A stretch of 64,000 bases of DNA, from contig NC_043017.1 of the NCBI RefSeq assembly GCF_006345805.1, positions 10,602,001 to 10,666,000 on the forward strand. Reading direction: 5' to 3'. Position 1 is the stretch's first letter, and every line of letters starts with the position of its first letter. Positions 13,007-25,743 of the stretch are shown in pieces. Both the position numbers and the translations under genes were made by a program. Source of the DNA: Octopus sinensis (taxonomy: Eukaryota). The notes under the pieces are model-generated. The model searched no databases. It saw only the letters and a list, made by a program, of their open reading frames with translations, and had not been told where the DNA came from.

Positions 13007-13148
13007 CTGAAGCCATGAAACAGCACTGCAGAGAATGAAATCACACTGGTCGTTGTCGAGGGCTGACAGCTGTGACCACATCAGCTTGAGGAAGTTCATC
13101 ACCTCCACGTTAAAATGAACAGCATGAGGAGATGCTGAGGTGATGTTG
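13007..13148 (-). CDS. LTN1: LTN1 exon 21
   Basis: NITSASPHAVHFNVEVMNFLKL...CDFILCSAVSWLQ (listerin WDFIxCS..W-like motif); AG/GTAAG; 142 nt. Confidence 0.92.
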
Positions 13149-13787
13149 CTGTAATCAAAACAAATAACTTGAGATTACTGACTGAAAAAAAAATATGTTG
13201 AGGTGGGTGGGGCAGAGATGAAAATGTAGTCCGAGAAGAAGGACCAGAGTAGGTGACAGGAGATTCAGGGCTCATAAACTTTGCAGATTCTTTCAGAATG
13301 GTGTAAAGTTAATATGATTGATATAACAGCTTAGATTTTGCATATACACACACTGGTGTCATGTAAACAATAGCACTAGTGTTAATGCCATGTAAAAAAA
13401 AAACACCAGTGTTAGTGCCACATCAAAAGTATTCAGTAGACTCTGTAAGGTGGTTGGCTTAGGAAGGGTAACCAGCTGTAGGAATCATGCCAGAACAGGC
13501 TATGAAATCAGGTGCAGTCCCTGGCCTTGCCAGCTCCTGTGAGACAGTCCAACCCATGCCAGCATGGAAAATGGATGTTAAATGTTGATCCGGTCTTTCA
13601 AAATGTGACTACGTGTGTACCGTTGGCGATTTTTTTTTCCCCTCTGTCTTCCCTTCTCCTATGTTTCCAACGAAGAGCTCCGCTCAAAACGTTACACCCT
13701 CCTTCTTTCCTGAGCGTCCAATAATACTATATTTGTTCCACGTCCTCGCGTTGTTGTTTTTTTGTGCTTTCTTGTTTGGATTAACTT

Positions 13788-13846
<59 letters not shown>

Positions 13847-14588
13847 GTATCAATGTGTATGTATCATCATCATTTTAACATCCACCTTCCCAGGCTTGTA
13901 TGGAGTCAGACAGAATTCATTAATGTAGATTTCCTATGTCTGGTTGCCCTTCCTGTCACCAACTCTTGCCTGTTTCTAAGCAAAATAATATTTGCTCATG
14001 GTCAGACATCATCACCGTTTAATGTCTGTTGTCCCTGCTGGCATGGGTTGGATGGTTTGACCAGGGCTGGCAAGCTGGAAGGTTGCACCAGACTCTAGTC
14101 TGATTTGGCATGGTTTCCATGGCTGGATGCCCTTCCTAATACAAAATGACACTGCTTATATGACTGCCAAAACTATGAGACACATGCACACACACAAGTG
14201 AGGAGCTATAGGGAACAAAATGCCCAAGGTGGCATGCAGTGGAACTGAACCAGAGACCATGTGGTCGAGAAGCAAAGTTCTGAACCACACAGCCATGCTT
14301 GTCCACACATACACACAGGGACTAAATGTGAGCGTAGTGGGTGAAGGAGATTTAGGGACTCAATGCATTTGTTTTGGGGAGGGGAAAAGGACATGGGTGT
14401 CTGGTGGACAGGTGTTAGCAGGGTGAGAAATGGAGGCGAGGTGGGTGAATTGATTGCAACAACATGCACACATCAAACAACAACAACTATTATTAGCACA
14501 GTAAACCTTAGAAATAAAAGAGAAAGTCGTCCACAGTGAGACAATAACAACACAAATGTAACAGCCATAACATACATCACGTACTTAC

Positions 14589-14733
14589 ATGTGGAAAAGG
14601 AAATGGTCCCCAGAGTTACGCCATTCACTCAGAGTATTTAAGAGGTCAATGAAGATCGACTGTTTGTCAGGGTCTTCATGGAACTTCCATTTACCTGTTG
14701 CCATGGTGATAAGGGGCAGCAGACCTACAGCAC
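14589..14733 (-). CDS. LTN1: LTN1 exon 20
   Basis: CAVGLLPLITMATG...LLNTLSEWRNSGDHFLFH; AAG/GTAAGT; 145 nt. Confidence 0.85.
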
Positions 14734-15124
14734 CTTGAAGATGAAAAAGGAGAAAGAGTGACAGAGAGAAAGAACATTACAATTTATCTAAGACATATCT
14801 AATTTTGTATTATGATGATGATGATGCTGATGATGACAGCAACAGTGATAAGAACAATGCAGCATCTCAGTGTCATCACTGCTTGTACTGAAGAGAAGAG
14901 AGAGCTTCTACATGGTCATATGACTTGCTAGAAACAACAGTCAAACCTGTTTTAAATTACAACATGACTGCCTTAATCAAGGTAAGACACATTAGATGAT
15001 GTAGTCCTGTATGTATTGTGCTTAGGGAAAAGACAAGGTAGGCACAGGTGGAATACTTTTGATCACTGGTCTGATTGATTTAAACTGACCTGGGGTTAAA
15101 TAACAAAAAACAAGCAACTGTGTA

Positions 15125-15470
15125 GCAAGCTGACAAGAGAGACAATGCGAAGTCATTGCCTGAAAATAAGATGGGATAGTCATGGCTGGAACAGCTTTGA
15201 TCATAACTGTACTCAGTAGTGGCTGAGCTGGGGTTAAACAACCACAAATGTGTAACAAGCTGATGAGGTAGCCTCTATGAGAAGTCATTGCCTGAAAATG
15301 AGATGGGATGGTCATGGCTGGAACAGCTTTGATCATAACTGTACTCAGTAGTGGTTGCTGAGCTGGGGTTAAACAACTACAAATGTGTAACAAGCTGATG
15401 AGGTAGCCTCTATGAGAAGTCATTGCCTGAAAATGAGATGGGATGGCCATGACTGGAATAGCTTTGATCA
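15125..15470. repeat. Tandem array, ~3 units of ~120 bp
   Basis: AAGTCATTGCCTGAAAAT...GGAACAGCTTTGATCA repeated three times. Confidence 0.85.
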
Positions 15471-15542
15471 CGAGTGTATTCTCAGTTCTGGGTTGACCTG
15501 GGACTAAACAGCTACAAAGAAAGCAAGAGAGGGTTTACTTAC

Positions 15543-15700
15543 AACTGAGAGAGAAGAGGTTGTCACTGGGTAACGAGAGCAGCTTCGTTACAAGGACTTG
15601 TGTAATGTTCCAAGAAGCAGACGAGGTGCAATGCTGTATCAACATCCGTAACATTTGCAGGTGTTTCTCTGTGAATTCTTCTTCAAAATAGGAACCAATT
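15543..15700 (-). CDS. LTN1: LTN1 exon 19
   Basis: IGSYFEEEFTEKHLQMLRMLIQH...NLFSLS; AAG/GTAAGT; 158 nt. Confidence 0.83.
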
Positions 15701-16844
15701 CTTAGAAAGGAGAAGAAAAAAAAGACAAAAAAAAACATGGAAATAAATAAATATAATTGAACAGAACAAATTAAATTAACCGTTTAGCATTCAGATTATT
15801 TTATCAAATGCGATGATTGTTCCTTCCCGTTGTTTCAGAATTAGTCATACATCATCTTGTTCTAAAAGCAGCGAAATTCTTAGCAGTATTTCGTCTGTTT
15901 TTATGTTCTGAGTTCAAATTCCACTGAGGTCGACTTTGCCTTTCATCCTTTCGGGGGTTGAGAAATTAAGTACCAGTAACGTACTGGGGGTCGATCTAAT
16001 CGACTGACTCCCTCCCCAACAAAAAAACTTCTGGCCTTGAGCTTAGAGTAGAAAAGATTATCTTGTAGTTCCAACAAGATTCTGATAATATGATTGTTTA
16101 TTTTCAGAATGACATTGTAGGGTAGGTATGAGAAGCTGGATCTAGCTAGTATGGACATAAAACAGGTATTTTAGCCAGATTAAATGCTAAAGGATTTACT
16201 GTTCATTTAATAACACTGTTTTGAATTAATCCTGTATTAATCTCCATAATAACTGCAAGAGTTTGATGATGCAATTATTTTTAGAATGACAATGTAGGGT
16301 AGGTGTGAGAGGCTGGATCTGGCCAGTTTGAACATAAACAGGTAAAACATTGTGGCTGGATATACTTTACTTTTATTTGTTTCGGTCATTAGACACTGTG
16401 GCCATGCTGGGACACCACCTTGAAGAATTTTAGAAGTTGAATGAATCGACCCCAGGATTTAGTTTTAAGCCTGGCACTATTGGTCCCTTTTAACCAAACT
16501 GCTAAGTTACAGGGACATAAACAAACCAACACTTGTTGTCAAGTGGTGAGGGAGAGACAAACAGACACAAAAGCATGCACACATAGATATATGTATATGT
16601 GATGGGCTTCATTCAGTTTCCATCTACCAAATCAATCACTCACTCACAAGGCTTTGGTCAGCCTGAGATTATGACTGAAGATCCTTGCCCAAGGTGTCAT
16701 GCAGTGGGACTAAACCCAGAACCATGTGGTTGGGAAGCAAGCTTCTAACCACACAGCTACACCTACTAAATTCTGTGATACTACTACTACTACTATTATT
16801 GTTGTTGTTGTTGTATCTGATCTTTGTTCTGTTCTTTTTTGCAG

Positions 16845-16919
16845 GATTGTTCACTAAGAAACTCTGCCGAAGATTTAATCCTCATTTTGTACAAATTTGT
16901 TCTGGAAACCGATTTGACT
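16845..16919 (+). pseudogene. Inverted partial copy of LTN1 exon 13 inside intron 18
   Basis: Reads DCSLRNSAEDLILILYKFVLETDLT on +; 4 mismatches to exon 13 over 75 nt; the acceptor and upstream intron are copied too (from ~16691); no donor. Confidence 0.9.
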
Positions 16920-17084
16920 TACCACATAGCCTCACCTGTGCCTGTGATATGAAAATTTTTTTAAAAAGAAACTCCGATGACCCTAATGGAGAAAGTTATA
17001 TTTTTTTATGTTTTTGTAAATAATAAAAAATAGATTTAAAAGAAAACAGAATTTCTTACTGTTTATGTCTTGATTTGTATTTAC

Positions 17085-17168
17085 CTGTTTTCTGAGAGTT
17101 TTTCATGGAATTTTTGTTCCAACAGAAACTGCAAGCCCATAGCTTGCCAATGTCCATCTGATAAGACA
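17085..17168 (-). CDS. LTN1: LTN1 exon 18
   Basis: VLSDGHWQAMGLQFLLEQKFHEKLSENR; AG/GTAAAT; 84 nt; phase 2-2. Confidence 0.8.
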
Positions 17169-18617
17169 CTGAAAGAGGAAATAAGTAAACATCAAAATTC
17201 ACATTTGTGTATGTGTGTATATATAAATACATATTTGGTATTAATTATTAGTGTGAACAAAAGTGCAACTCTGTTGCACTTTCCATGTATGTATAATTGC
17301 TTCTACACATAAACCAGTGTTTGGGGGTGGGGTGGAAATGGGTGCATCATAATTATATAAATATTTCTTAAAAATATAACGTTGATATATTTTATTATTT
17401 CTAACATAGTGTTCAAAATCCCTGAAAAAGAAAAAAAAAGCACTCAGCATGCTATGTAAAGTGGTTGGTGCTAGGAAGGGCATCTTGCTTTAGAAACCTT
17501 GCAAAGGCAGAGCTGGAGCACAATGCAGTCCTTGGAACACTCGGAGAACATGACATAGATGAGTCCAATTAAATAAAATCACTGTCTTCCTCACAGACAG
17601 GCTTGTCCTTTCAGGTGCAGGTGTCACTTAAAAAGCATCCATGTCAGTGCTGCGTTATTGCACCTGTACTAGTGCTACATAAACACACCTGTGCTGGTGG
17701 CACATGAAAAGCACCCAGCACACTCTGTAAAGTGGTTGGCGTTAGGAAGGGCATCAAGCCATAGAAACCATGCCTCAACAGATAGTTGGAGTCTGGACAG
17801 CTTCTAGCTGGCCAGCATCATGTCAAACTGTTCAACCCATGCCAGCAGGAAAAGAGGACATTAAACGATGATGATGATGATGTATATATTATATACATAT
17901 ATGCACCAGACTCCAATTGTCTGGTTTGGCATGGTTTCTGCAGCTGGATGCCTTTCCTGATGCCAACCACTTTACAGAGTGTACTGGGTGCTTTGTGTGT
18001 GGAACTAGTTCAGGGGCTTATCATGCTTGCATGATTGGATGGAATTTTTTGAGGCAGATTTTCCTACAGCCAGATGCCCTTCCTGTCACCAACCCTCACC
18101 TGTATTCCAAGCAAGGTAACATTTCCCATGGACAAATGAGTTTTTCTTGAAACCTTAAAACAAACAACATCACTTGTATGATGGCAATGTGCATTTTACA
18201 ATCACCAGGTGATGTCAAGACAAGGGTACACATACTTTATATTGTTTCTGCCAACTAAATCTACTCACAAGATTTTGATTGGCCTGGGGTTGTTGTAGAA
18301 GACACTTGCCCAGGGTGTCATGCAGTTGGACTGAACCCAAGACACATGGTTGGCAAGGAAGCTTCTTAACCACACAGCCACGCCTGCACCTATTAGCTCA
18401 TTCAAAGTCAGCAGTAATTGTTTAGTGTTACATCAGACAATCTGTAGTAAAAGGCATTCCAGTCATGACCATCCTATAAACATAGGTCATCTCTTTTGAA
18501 GAGGAGGGAATGGAATGGGAAGGAAATTTAGCTGCAGTTTCTAATGAGTCAAGCAACAATGGAGAAGCTGTAATGAAGTGGTGGTTATAGTAGTAGTAGT
18601 AGCAAGTAGCCACTGAC

Positions 18618-18727
18618 CGTTGTGTGAAAAGGTCCAGTAATGTATCAGTCTGTTTATCGTCCAGGTTATCAAGATGTTTGGTCACCTGCTTGTGTAATGT
18701 CATCACAGATTTCTTCAGTTCACTATT
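18618..18727 (-). CDS. LTN1: LTN1 exon 17
   Basis: NSELKKSVMTLHKQV...LLDLFTQR; poly-T + CAG acceptor, GTCAGT donor; 110 nt. Confidence 0.83.
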
Positions 18728-19379
18728 CTGCAAAAAAAAACAACAACAATAAGGGTTTCAAATTTTGGCACAAGGCCAGCAACTTCGGAAGAAGGGGTAA
18801 GTAGACTATATTGACCTCAGTGCTCAACTGGTACTTATTTTATCGACCCCGAAAGGATGAAAGGCAAAAATCGACTTCAGCAGAATTTGAACTCGGAATG
18901 TGCAGACAGATGAAATGTTACTAAGCAATTTTTGCGACATGCTAACGATTCTGCCAGATCACTGTCATAATAATAATAAAAGTAAAAATGGATGCAAGAC
19001 TACAGGTTTTTCAAGGACCTCCATTATCAGGAATAATAATAATGGTTTCAAATTTTTGCACAAGGCCGGTAATTTTAGGGGTGGAGGTTAGTCAGTACTT
19101 GACTGATACTTCATTGCTCTTGAAAGGATGAGAAACCAAGCTGGCCTCAGAAGGAATTGAGCACAGAACATTAAGGGCTGGAAAGACTGCAGCAAAAGCA
19201 TCATTTCCAAGACTCTAAAGATTCTACCAGCTCCATGCATTTGTGAAATATCATTCGATGAAAAGAGGCATTGAACTACAAATGGTCGAGAATTACTGGT
19301 CTAACCCAAGCCAGGATGGAAAAATAGACATAAAAATGAATGCAAAACAAAAAAATATAAATAAAGTGACAGTTTTTAC

Positions 19380-19664
19380 CGTGTTGTAGGTATCGACCCA
19401 ACATTCGGAAACAGCAACGGAACAGAGCAAGTTGTAAAGGACATCAAGAAGTTGGGGTGGATTAAGTAAGCTGGTCAAGGGGTCACTAGAATCCTCTGAT
19501 AGATCATCTTGCAAGAAATCTAATAGAGATGTATGGAAGAGGCTAGTGAAGACTGTGGAAGTAGGGAAGTCTCCAGGTGGAACCTCGGGGTTTAGTTTAT
19601 TGTGTCTTTGACAATCCCAGTAAGTGGCGCTTAGCTGTCCGGTTATCATGAGATATTCTTCAAA
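19380..19664 (-). CDS. LTN1: LTN1 exon 16
   Basis: FEEYLMITGQLS...LYNLLCSVAVSECWVDTYNT; AG/GT; 285 nt. Confidence 0.87.
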
Positions 19665-20307
19665 CTGAAAGACAAAAACAAAAATTTTTTTTAATTAAAA
19701 TAAAATCGAAATCAATCAACATCAATGGAAATTGCAGCTGTGATACCAGTGCGCCGTTGGTATGTAAGAGAACCATCCGAACGTGACCGTAGCCTGCGCC
19801 ACCCCAACTGGCCTCGTGCCGGTGGCACGTAAAAAGCACCATTTGATCGTGGCTGTTGCCAGCCTCGTCTGGCACGTAAAAAGCACCCACTACACTCAAG
19901 GAGTGGTTGGTGTAGAAACATTGCCAGATCAGACTGGGCCTGGTGCAGCCTTCTGGCTTCCTAGACCCCAGTTGAACTGTCCAACCCATGCTAGCATGGA
20001 AAGCGGACGCTAAACGATGATGATGATGAAAATAAAATAAAAGTAAAATAGTTTCATATTTCAGCACGAGGCCAGCAATTTTAAGGGGGAAGAGAAAGTC
20101 TATTACATAAACCCCAATAGTTGACTGGTACTTTATTTTATCAACCTAGAAAGGATGAAAAGCAAAGCTGACAATAACAGAATTTGAAACTTGAACAGCT
20201 GGATTAAATGCACCAGACATTTTGTCTGCTGCTCTACCAATTTTGCTAGTTTGCAATCCTAATTGTTTCTCATTTCAAAACACCTTAGCAGAAATGGAGA
20301 TCCTTAC

Positions 20308-20449
20308 CTGTTTAGGTGGCAACACATGTTCTGTCACACTGAACAGGTGACTGAAGTGCTCAACCAAAAATGGACTGGTTAAACCGTTGTCTACTTCTGC
20401 AAACACTGTGTGTAACAGAGTCTTTACTTCTCCAAAGACAGTTTGTAAT
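20308..20449 (-). CDS. LTN1: LTN1 exon 15
   Basis: LQTVFGEVKTLLHTVFAEVD...HVLPPKQ; AG/GTAAG; 142 nt. Confidence 0.85.
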
Positions 20450-21340
20450 CTGCAAAGAATGAGAAAAAATTAAAATAAGGGAGGTTCAATGTCACGAGAA
20501 GAGGGAGAGAGAGAGGAAAGAGTTGAGAAAAAGCAGATGTTATCATTTTAATGTTCACTTTGTATTGTTCTCAGGAGTTATGCAATTTGTTGAGGCATAG
20601 ATCCTGCAGCTGGATGCTCTTCCTGTTGCTTACCCTCATCTGTTTCCAAGTAAGATAATTCCCTCAAGATTAGATATGTCTTGGAGGAAATGAAGGACAC
20701 CACTAGCATGATGGCAACATCTGTTTACAACTATTGATGATGATGATGGAATGGCAAGGAGATAGCAATGCATATGCACACACACACACACATACATACA
20801 TACATGATGGGCTTCTTTTAGTCTCCATCAACCAAATCTACTCACAAGGATTCTGTCACCCCAGCTCTAGTAAAAACACTTGTCCAAGGTGCCAAGCAGC
20901 GGGACAGAACCCAGAATAATGTGGTTGGAGAAGCAAACTTCTTACCATAAATTAATATATTAATTATCATCCAATTTCTTTATTAGCCACAAGGGCCCAA
21001 AAATAGAGGGGGACAATACAGCCTGATTTGGGTCAGACACACAATGATTATATGACTTCTAAAATTTTACAAAATATAATGAAATCGAATGAGATACAAC
21101 AAGGACGTAATACAAACATGAGATGAAGCAGAGAGATGGCTTACGCTCCGACCCCACGAGCCCCATTCTCCTTTCCTCATTGCCGCCATCACCATCACCA
21201 CCATCAACATCGTTGCTGTCACTACCACCACCACCATCATTATCATCATACCTCATTTTTAAGGGGTCCAATTACAAAGAGGAAGCCACGCAATTAGAAA
21301 GTTAATGAATTTACTGCAGGACACTAAACGAGGTACTCAC

Positions 21341-21497
21341 TGTTCTGTTGTGGCCACTTTGTACATAACTGTATCTCGAACTGCCTGGAAAACGTTGAGG
21401 AAAAACCTACTGGTGCCCTTCGATGTTGCAGGCTGGCGACGGTAGAGAGTCTGCATTCCATTGATACAAACTTGACGAACTTCCTTTCGAGTGTGTT
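21341..21497 (-). CDS. LTN1: LTN1 exon 14
   Basis: EHTRKEVRQVCINGMQTLY...KVATTEQ; AG/GTGAGT; 157 nt. Confidence 0.85.
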
Positions 21498-21724
21498 CTA
21501 TGGGATGAAGACAAATTATAACAAACATCAGTTAATGAGAGAAACGTTCAAAACTAACAGAATTCTAATTGGTACAAGTAACTTTATATATATACATATA
21601 TTCACAGATACACATACCAGGGATGGCTGTGTGGTTAAGACACTAAAATGATGATTATGATGGTGTCATATATGACAAAATTAAAGGAATCAAGTCGAAA
21701 CAAAGTTATAGAAATAAGTATATA

Positions 21725-22112
21725 GGCACAGGAGTGGCTGTGTGGTAAGTAGCTTGCTAACCAACCACATGGTTCCGGGTTCAATCCCACTGCGTGGCAT
21801 TTGGGCAAGTGTCTTCTGCTATAGCCCCGGGCCGACCAATGCCTTGTGAGTGGATTTGGTAGACGGAAACTGAAAGAAGCCCGTCGTATATATGTATATA
21901 TATATATATGTGTTTGTCTCCCCTAGCATTGCTTGACAACCGATGCTGGTGTGTTTACGTCCCCGTCACTTAGCGGTTCGGCAAAAGAGACTGATAAAAT
22001 AAGTACTGGGCTTACAAAGAATAAGTCCCGGGGTCGATTTGCTCGACTAAAGGCGGTGCTCCAGCATGGCCGCAGTCAAATGACTGAAACAAGTAAAAGA
22101 GTAAAAGAGAGT
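21725..22112 (+). mobile_element. SINE family A, full length
   Basis: Complete head through AAAAGAGT tail. Confidence 0.85.
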
Positions 22113-22270
22113 AAGAGTATAAAATTATGTACAGATTTAACTGAAAAGCTGGAGAATCTAACTCAACAGAGACATTACTTATAGCCAACTCTTATCTGCA
22201 CCAATTCCATATTCCACACACACACACAAGAAAAAAACAGATAATAGTTTAAGAATCTGAAGGAATTTAC

Positions 22271-22352
22271 CTGAAACAGTCAAATCGGTTTCCAGAACAA
22301 ATTTGTACAAAATGAGGATTAAATCTTCAGCAGAATTGCTTAGGGAACAATC
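22271..22352 (-). CDS. LTN1: LTN1 exon 13
   Basis: DCSLSNSAEDLILILYKFVLETDLTVS; strong pyrimidine tract + AG, GTAAAT donor; 82 nt; needed for phase continuity. Confidence 0.87.
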
Positions 22353-23019
22353 CTGCAAAAAAGAACAGAACAAAGATCAGATACAACAACAAGAGTAGTA
22401 GTAGTAATGGTGGTAGTAGTAGTAGTAATAGTAGTATCACAGAATGTAGTAGGTGTAGCTGTGTGGTTAGAAGCTTGCTTCCCAACGTGGTTCTGGGTTC
22501 AGTCCCATTGCATGACACCTTAGGTAAAGTGTCTTCTGCTACAACCTTGGGCTGATGAAAGCCTTCTCAGTAGATTTGATAGATGGAAACTGAAAGAAGC
22601 CCATCGTGTGTAGGTGGGTGTCATTGTGTACGTATTTTTCTTCCACTACCACTTGACACCAGTGTTGGTTTGTGTATGTCCCCATAACTTAGCAGTCCAG
22701 CAAAAGAGATGGACCGAAGAAGCACTAGGCGTAAAAAAAAAGTCTCAATTTTTTTTATAGCTGGATGCCCTTATCATCATCACCAATAACCCTTATGGCT
22801 TAATCCCTTGGCATTCAGATTACTCTCTCAAATGTAATGCTTATTTTATCAGCATTGTTTTGAATTAATCGTGCATCATCCCATAGCTTCAAGATTTCAA
22901 TGATGCTATTGTTTATTTTTAGAATGACATTGTAGGGCAAGTGTGAGGGGCTGGATCTGGCCAGTTTGAACATAGAACAGGTAGAAAATTTGGGCCTGAT
23001 ATGGTTGGTAAAATCTCAC

Positions 23020-23171
23020 CTCTAATCCCTGGAAGAAACTAGCCAACACTTTGGCAACAAACTGCATCGAGAGGTCAGTCTTATGGTTGTCCTTACACAG
23101 TTTTAACTTCTTCAATGTTGAGTGAATGACAAAAAATATCTTTTCAATATATTTCATCTGAAGAAGTGGTT
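23020..23171 (-). CDS. LTN1: LTN1 exon 12
   Basis: EPLLQMKYIEKIFFVIH...SFFQGLE; AG/GTGAG; 152 nt. Confidence 0.87.
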
Positions 23172-23328
23172 CTGAAACAAAAGGAAAAAGAGTTAAAAAA
23201 ATTTTTTGCATCTTATATTTTATAACAAAATTTAATTTTTTTTTCATAAAACTCAAAACAGGAAGCTTGCATCATAGAACCAGGCTGGGTGGTCGTGAGT
23301 GGGTTGGTGTCAAAAGGGTTCAACATAC

Positions 23329-23569
23329 CTGATTGAGAATTTGATGACAAAGCCACAGTGAGGACAGACCAGTTGTCCTCGACAACTGAAAGTTCAACCC
23401 CAGCAGTTGGTGGGACAAGAGCCTGGGCACACACGTCTTCAGTGATGGACACAAGCAGCTCACCGAGGGTAGACGTTTCCAGCCACTTGGATATGGCTGT
23501 GACCTTCCAACGCGACGACAGCAGCTCCAGCAAGAACACTTTCAGCAAATGTCTGTCACCATCGAGATT
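23329..23569 (-). CDS. LTN1: LTN1 exon 11
   Basis: NLDGDRHLLKVFLLELL...WSVLTVALSSNSQS; AG/GTATG; 241 nt. Confidence 0.87.
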
Positions 23570-24514
23570 CTGTTGAAGGAAATGGTAAAATGTCAGACTC
23601 AACACCAAAATAGTTTTGAGGGTACATACCCCAGATTGTTCTTGAGGACTCAAAAATGTCTCATGGCTTGAGCACAAGACCAAAAGGGAGATTTATGCTC
23701 TCATTCCACCAATTTCTAATGTTGACAGGCTTTGCTAGTCACTGCCATTGTTCTGGATGTTATATTTTGGAGACTTCAGCATCGGAATAGTGGATAAAGA
23801 CAATTATATTGCAGGTATAACTAGCACCCCATTGGTTATGATGATGAGGGTTCCAGTTGGTCCGATGAATGAAACAGCCTGCTCGTGAAATTAACATGCA
23901 AGTGGCTGAGCACTCCACAGACATATGTACCCTTAACGTAGTTCTCAGACAAGTTCAGCTGTGATACAGGTGACAAGGCTGGCCCCTGGTGAATTACAGG
24001 TACAACTCGTTTTTTGTCAAATGAGGACAAGATGTGTCATTGGCAATCAAATTCCTGACCTTACAATTGTCAGCCAAATATCCCGAACCATTGGGCCATG
24101 CACCTTCACACATTAAGGTTACACAGAGATACAGACACACACACACGCAATAAGAATTTGGGGACTGAGTTAAAGCTAATGCAGAATTGGGACCCCTGCT
24201 TTGGGGTAGTGTGAGGACACAGAACTTGACTGCAAAAGCTTGAAGAAGCAGCTTACATCATTAGAATAACTTAATGGTGATATTGCTGACATTGTAGAAT
24301 AACAATCTACCTAGGAGAAATATGATACAGGTGTGAGATGTTTTGGCATTGCCATTTTGCGGCTGCTGATTCAATACTGACTTATTTGACATCAGAGGTT
24401 TCCATGTCTCTCTTCTCTATCTACTCATCCCACTGTCAGTCTGTCGCTGTTTATGTGTGTGAATATATTTCTATGTGTGTGTCTGAGGAGAGAGAAAGTA
24501 TTTATGTCAATCAC

Positions 24515-24805
24515 GTTTAGTCATGACTTTAGGAAACATTTTTTCACGTTGAGAGTTGCTGAAGCATGGAACAAACAGCCGGCATCAGTTGTTAGTTGTC
24601 GGAGCACTGCATCCTTCAAAACTTCCATGCTTTCTGAGATTCGCCAACACTACACCTGATTTCTTCCCCTCCATACACACACAAGCATGTATCTGACTCA
24701 TACATTGTTCGCTTTCCAGACATTTGTACATTACTGCATATGCTTTATACGCACTTTCTGACAAGTTGTGGTGCACCTGAGCACTGTATACAATAATTTC
24801 ATTAT
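24515..24805 (+). mobile_element. CR1/L2-like LINE 3' end
   Basis: FRKHFFTLRVAEAWNKQPASVV...SFK motif; the same tail recurs at ~48036-48085. Confidence 0.7.
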
Positions 24806-25743
24806 ATATATTATAAATTGCAATGTCTCTCTCTCTCTCTCTCTCTCTCCCCACCTCTCTCTCTATCAGTTTGTATGAGTATGAATGTATTTCTCTTTAT
24901 GTGTATGATGAGAGAGAAAGTGTTTGTCAGTCATATTCAGTTAATAAATTGCAATCTCTCTCTGACTTTCTCTCTCTCTCTCTTTATGTGTATGTCAGTA
25001 TATTTCTCTCTGTGTTTGAGGAGAGGGTAAAGTGTTTATGCCAATCATGTTCAGTTAATAAATTGTTGTCTCCCTTTCTCTCTCTCACTCACTCATCATC
25101 ATTGTTTAACGTCCGCTTTCCATGCTAGCATGGGTTGGACGATTTTGACTGAGGGCTGGCGAACCAGATGGCTGCACTAGGCTCCAATCTTGATTTGGAA
25201 CCTGGTTTATTGTAATCTCTCTCTCTCTCTCTCCCCACAACCCTCTCTGTGTATCTGTCTTTTTGTCTCTATGTGTATATATCTGAGAATAAGTGGCTGT
25301 CTGTTTACCTCTGCTGCCAAAAACAGGCCGAATGTCCAGTCAGCTGTGCCAAACCATCAATGTCCAAAAACGGCTGCACATGACTCGTCTCATTCTGATA
25401 TAACATAGCAACCACAGGAATTAGTCTCGGGACATCACTTGGCGTTAGGAAGGGCATCCAGCCATAGAAACATTGCCAGATCAGACTGGGCCTGGTGCAG
25501 CCTTCTGGCTTCCCAGACCCCAGTTGAACCGTCCAACCCATGCTAGCATGGAAAGCGGACGCTAAATGATGATGATGATGATTACTCACAGACAAGAGGG
25601 CCACATCAACAGGTGGCATCACTTGGAGCTCAGAAGCATTAACCGACAGAGTAAGACTAAACAATGAGATGACAGCAATGACCCAGAGTTGAGTGTGTGA
25701 GTGCATGGGAAGGAATTTTCTGAAAAAAATTGGGTTAACTTAC

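Noticed and set aside
15022-15471. 149-aa repetitive ORF or CRISPR-like periodicity
   Set aside because: Head-to-tail tandem units without unique spacers, in a eukaryotic intron, with no cas genes
16845-16919. Mutually exclusive alternative exon 13 of LTN1
   Set aside because: The copy is on the opposite strand, in intron 18, and lacks the donor, so it cannot be spliced into LTN1
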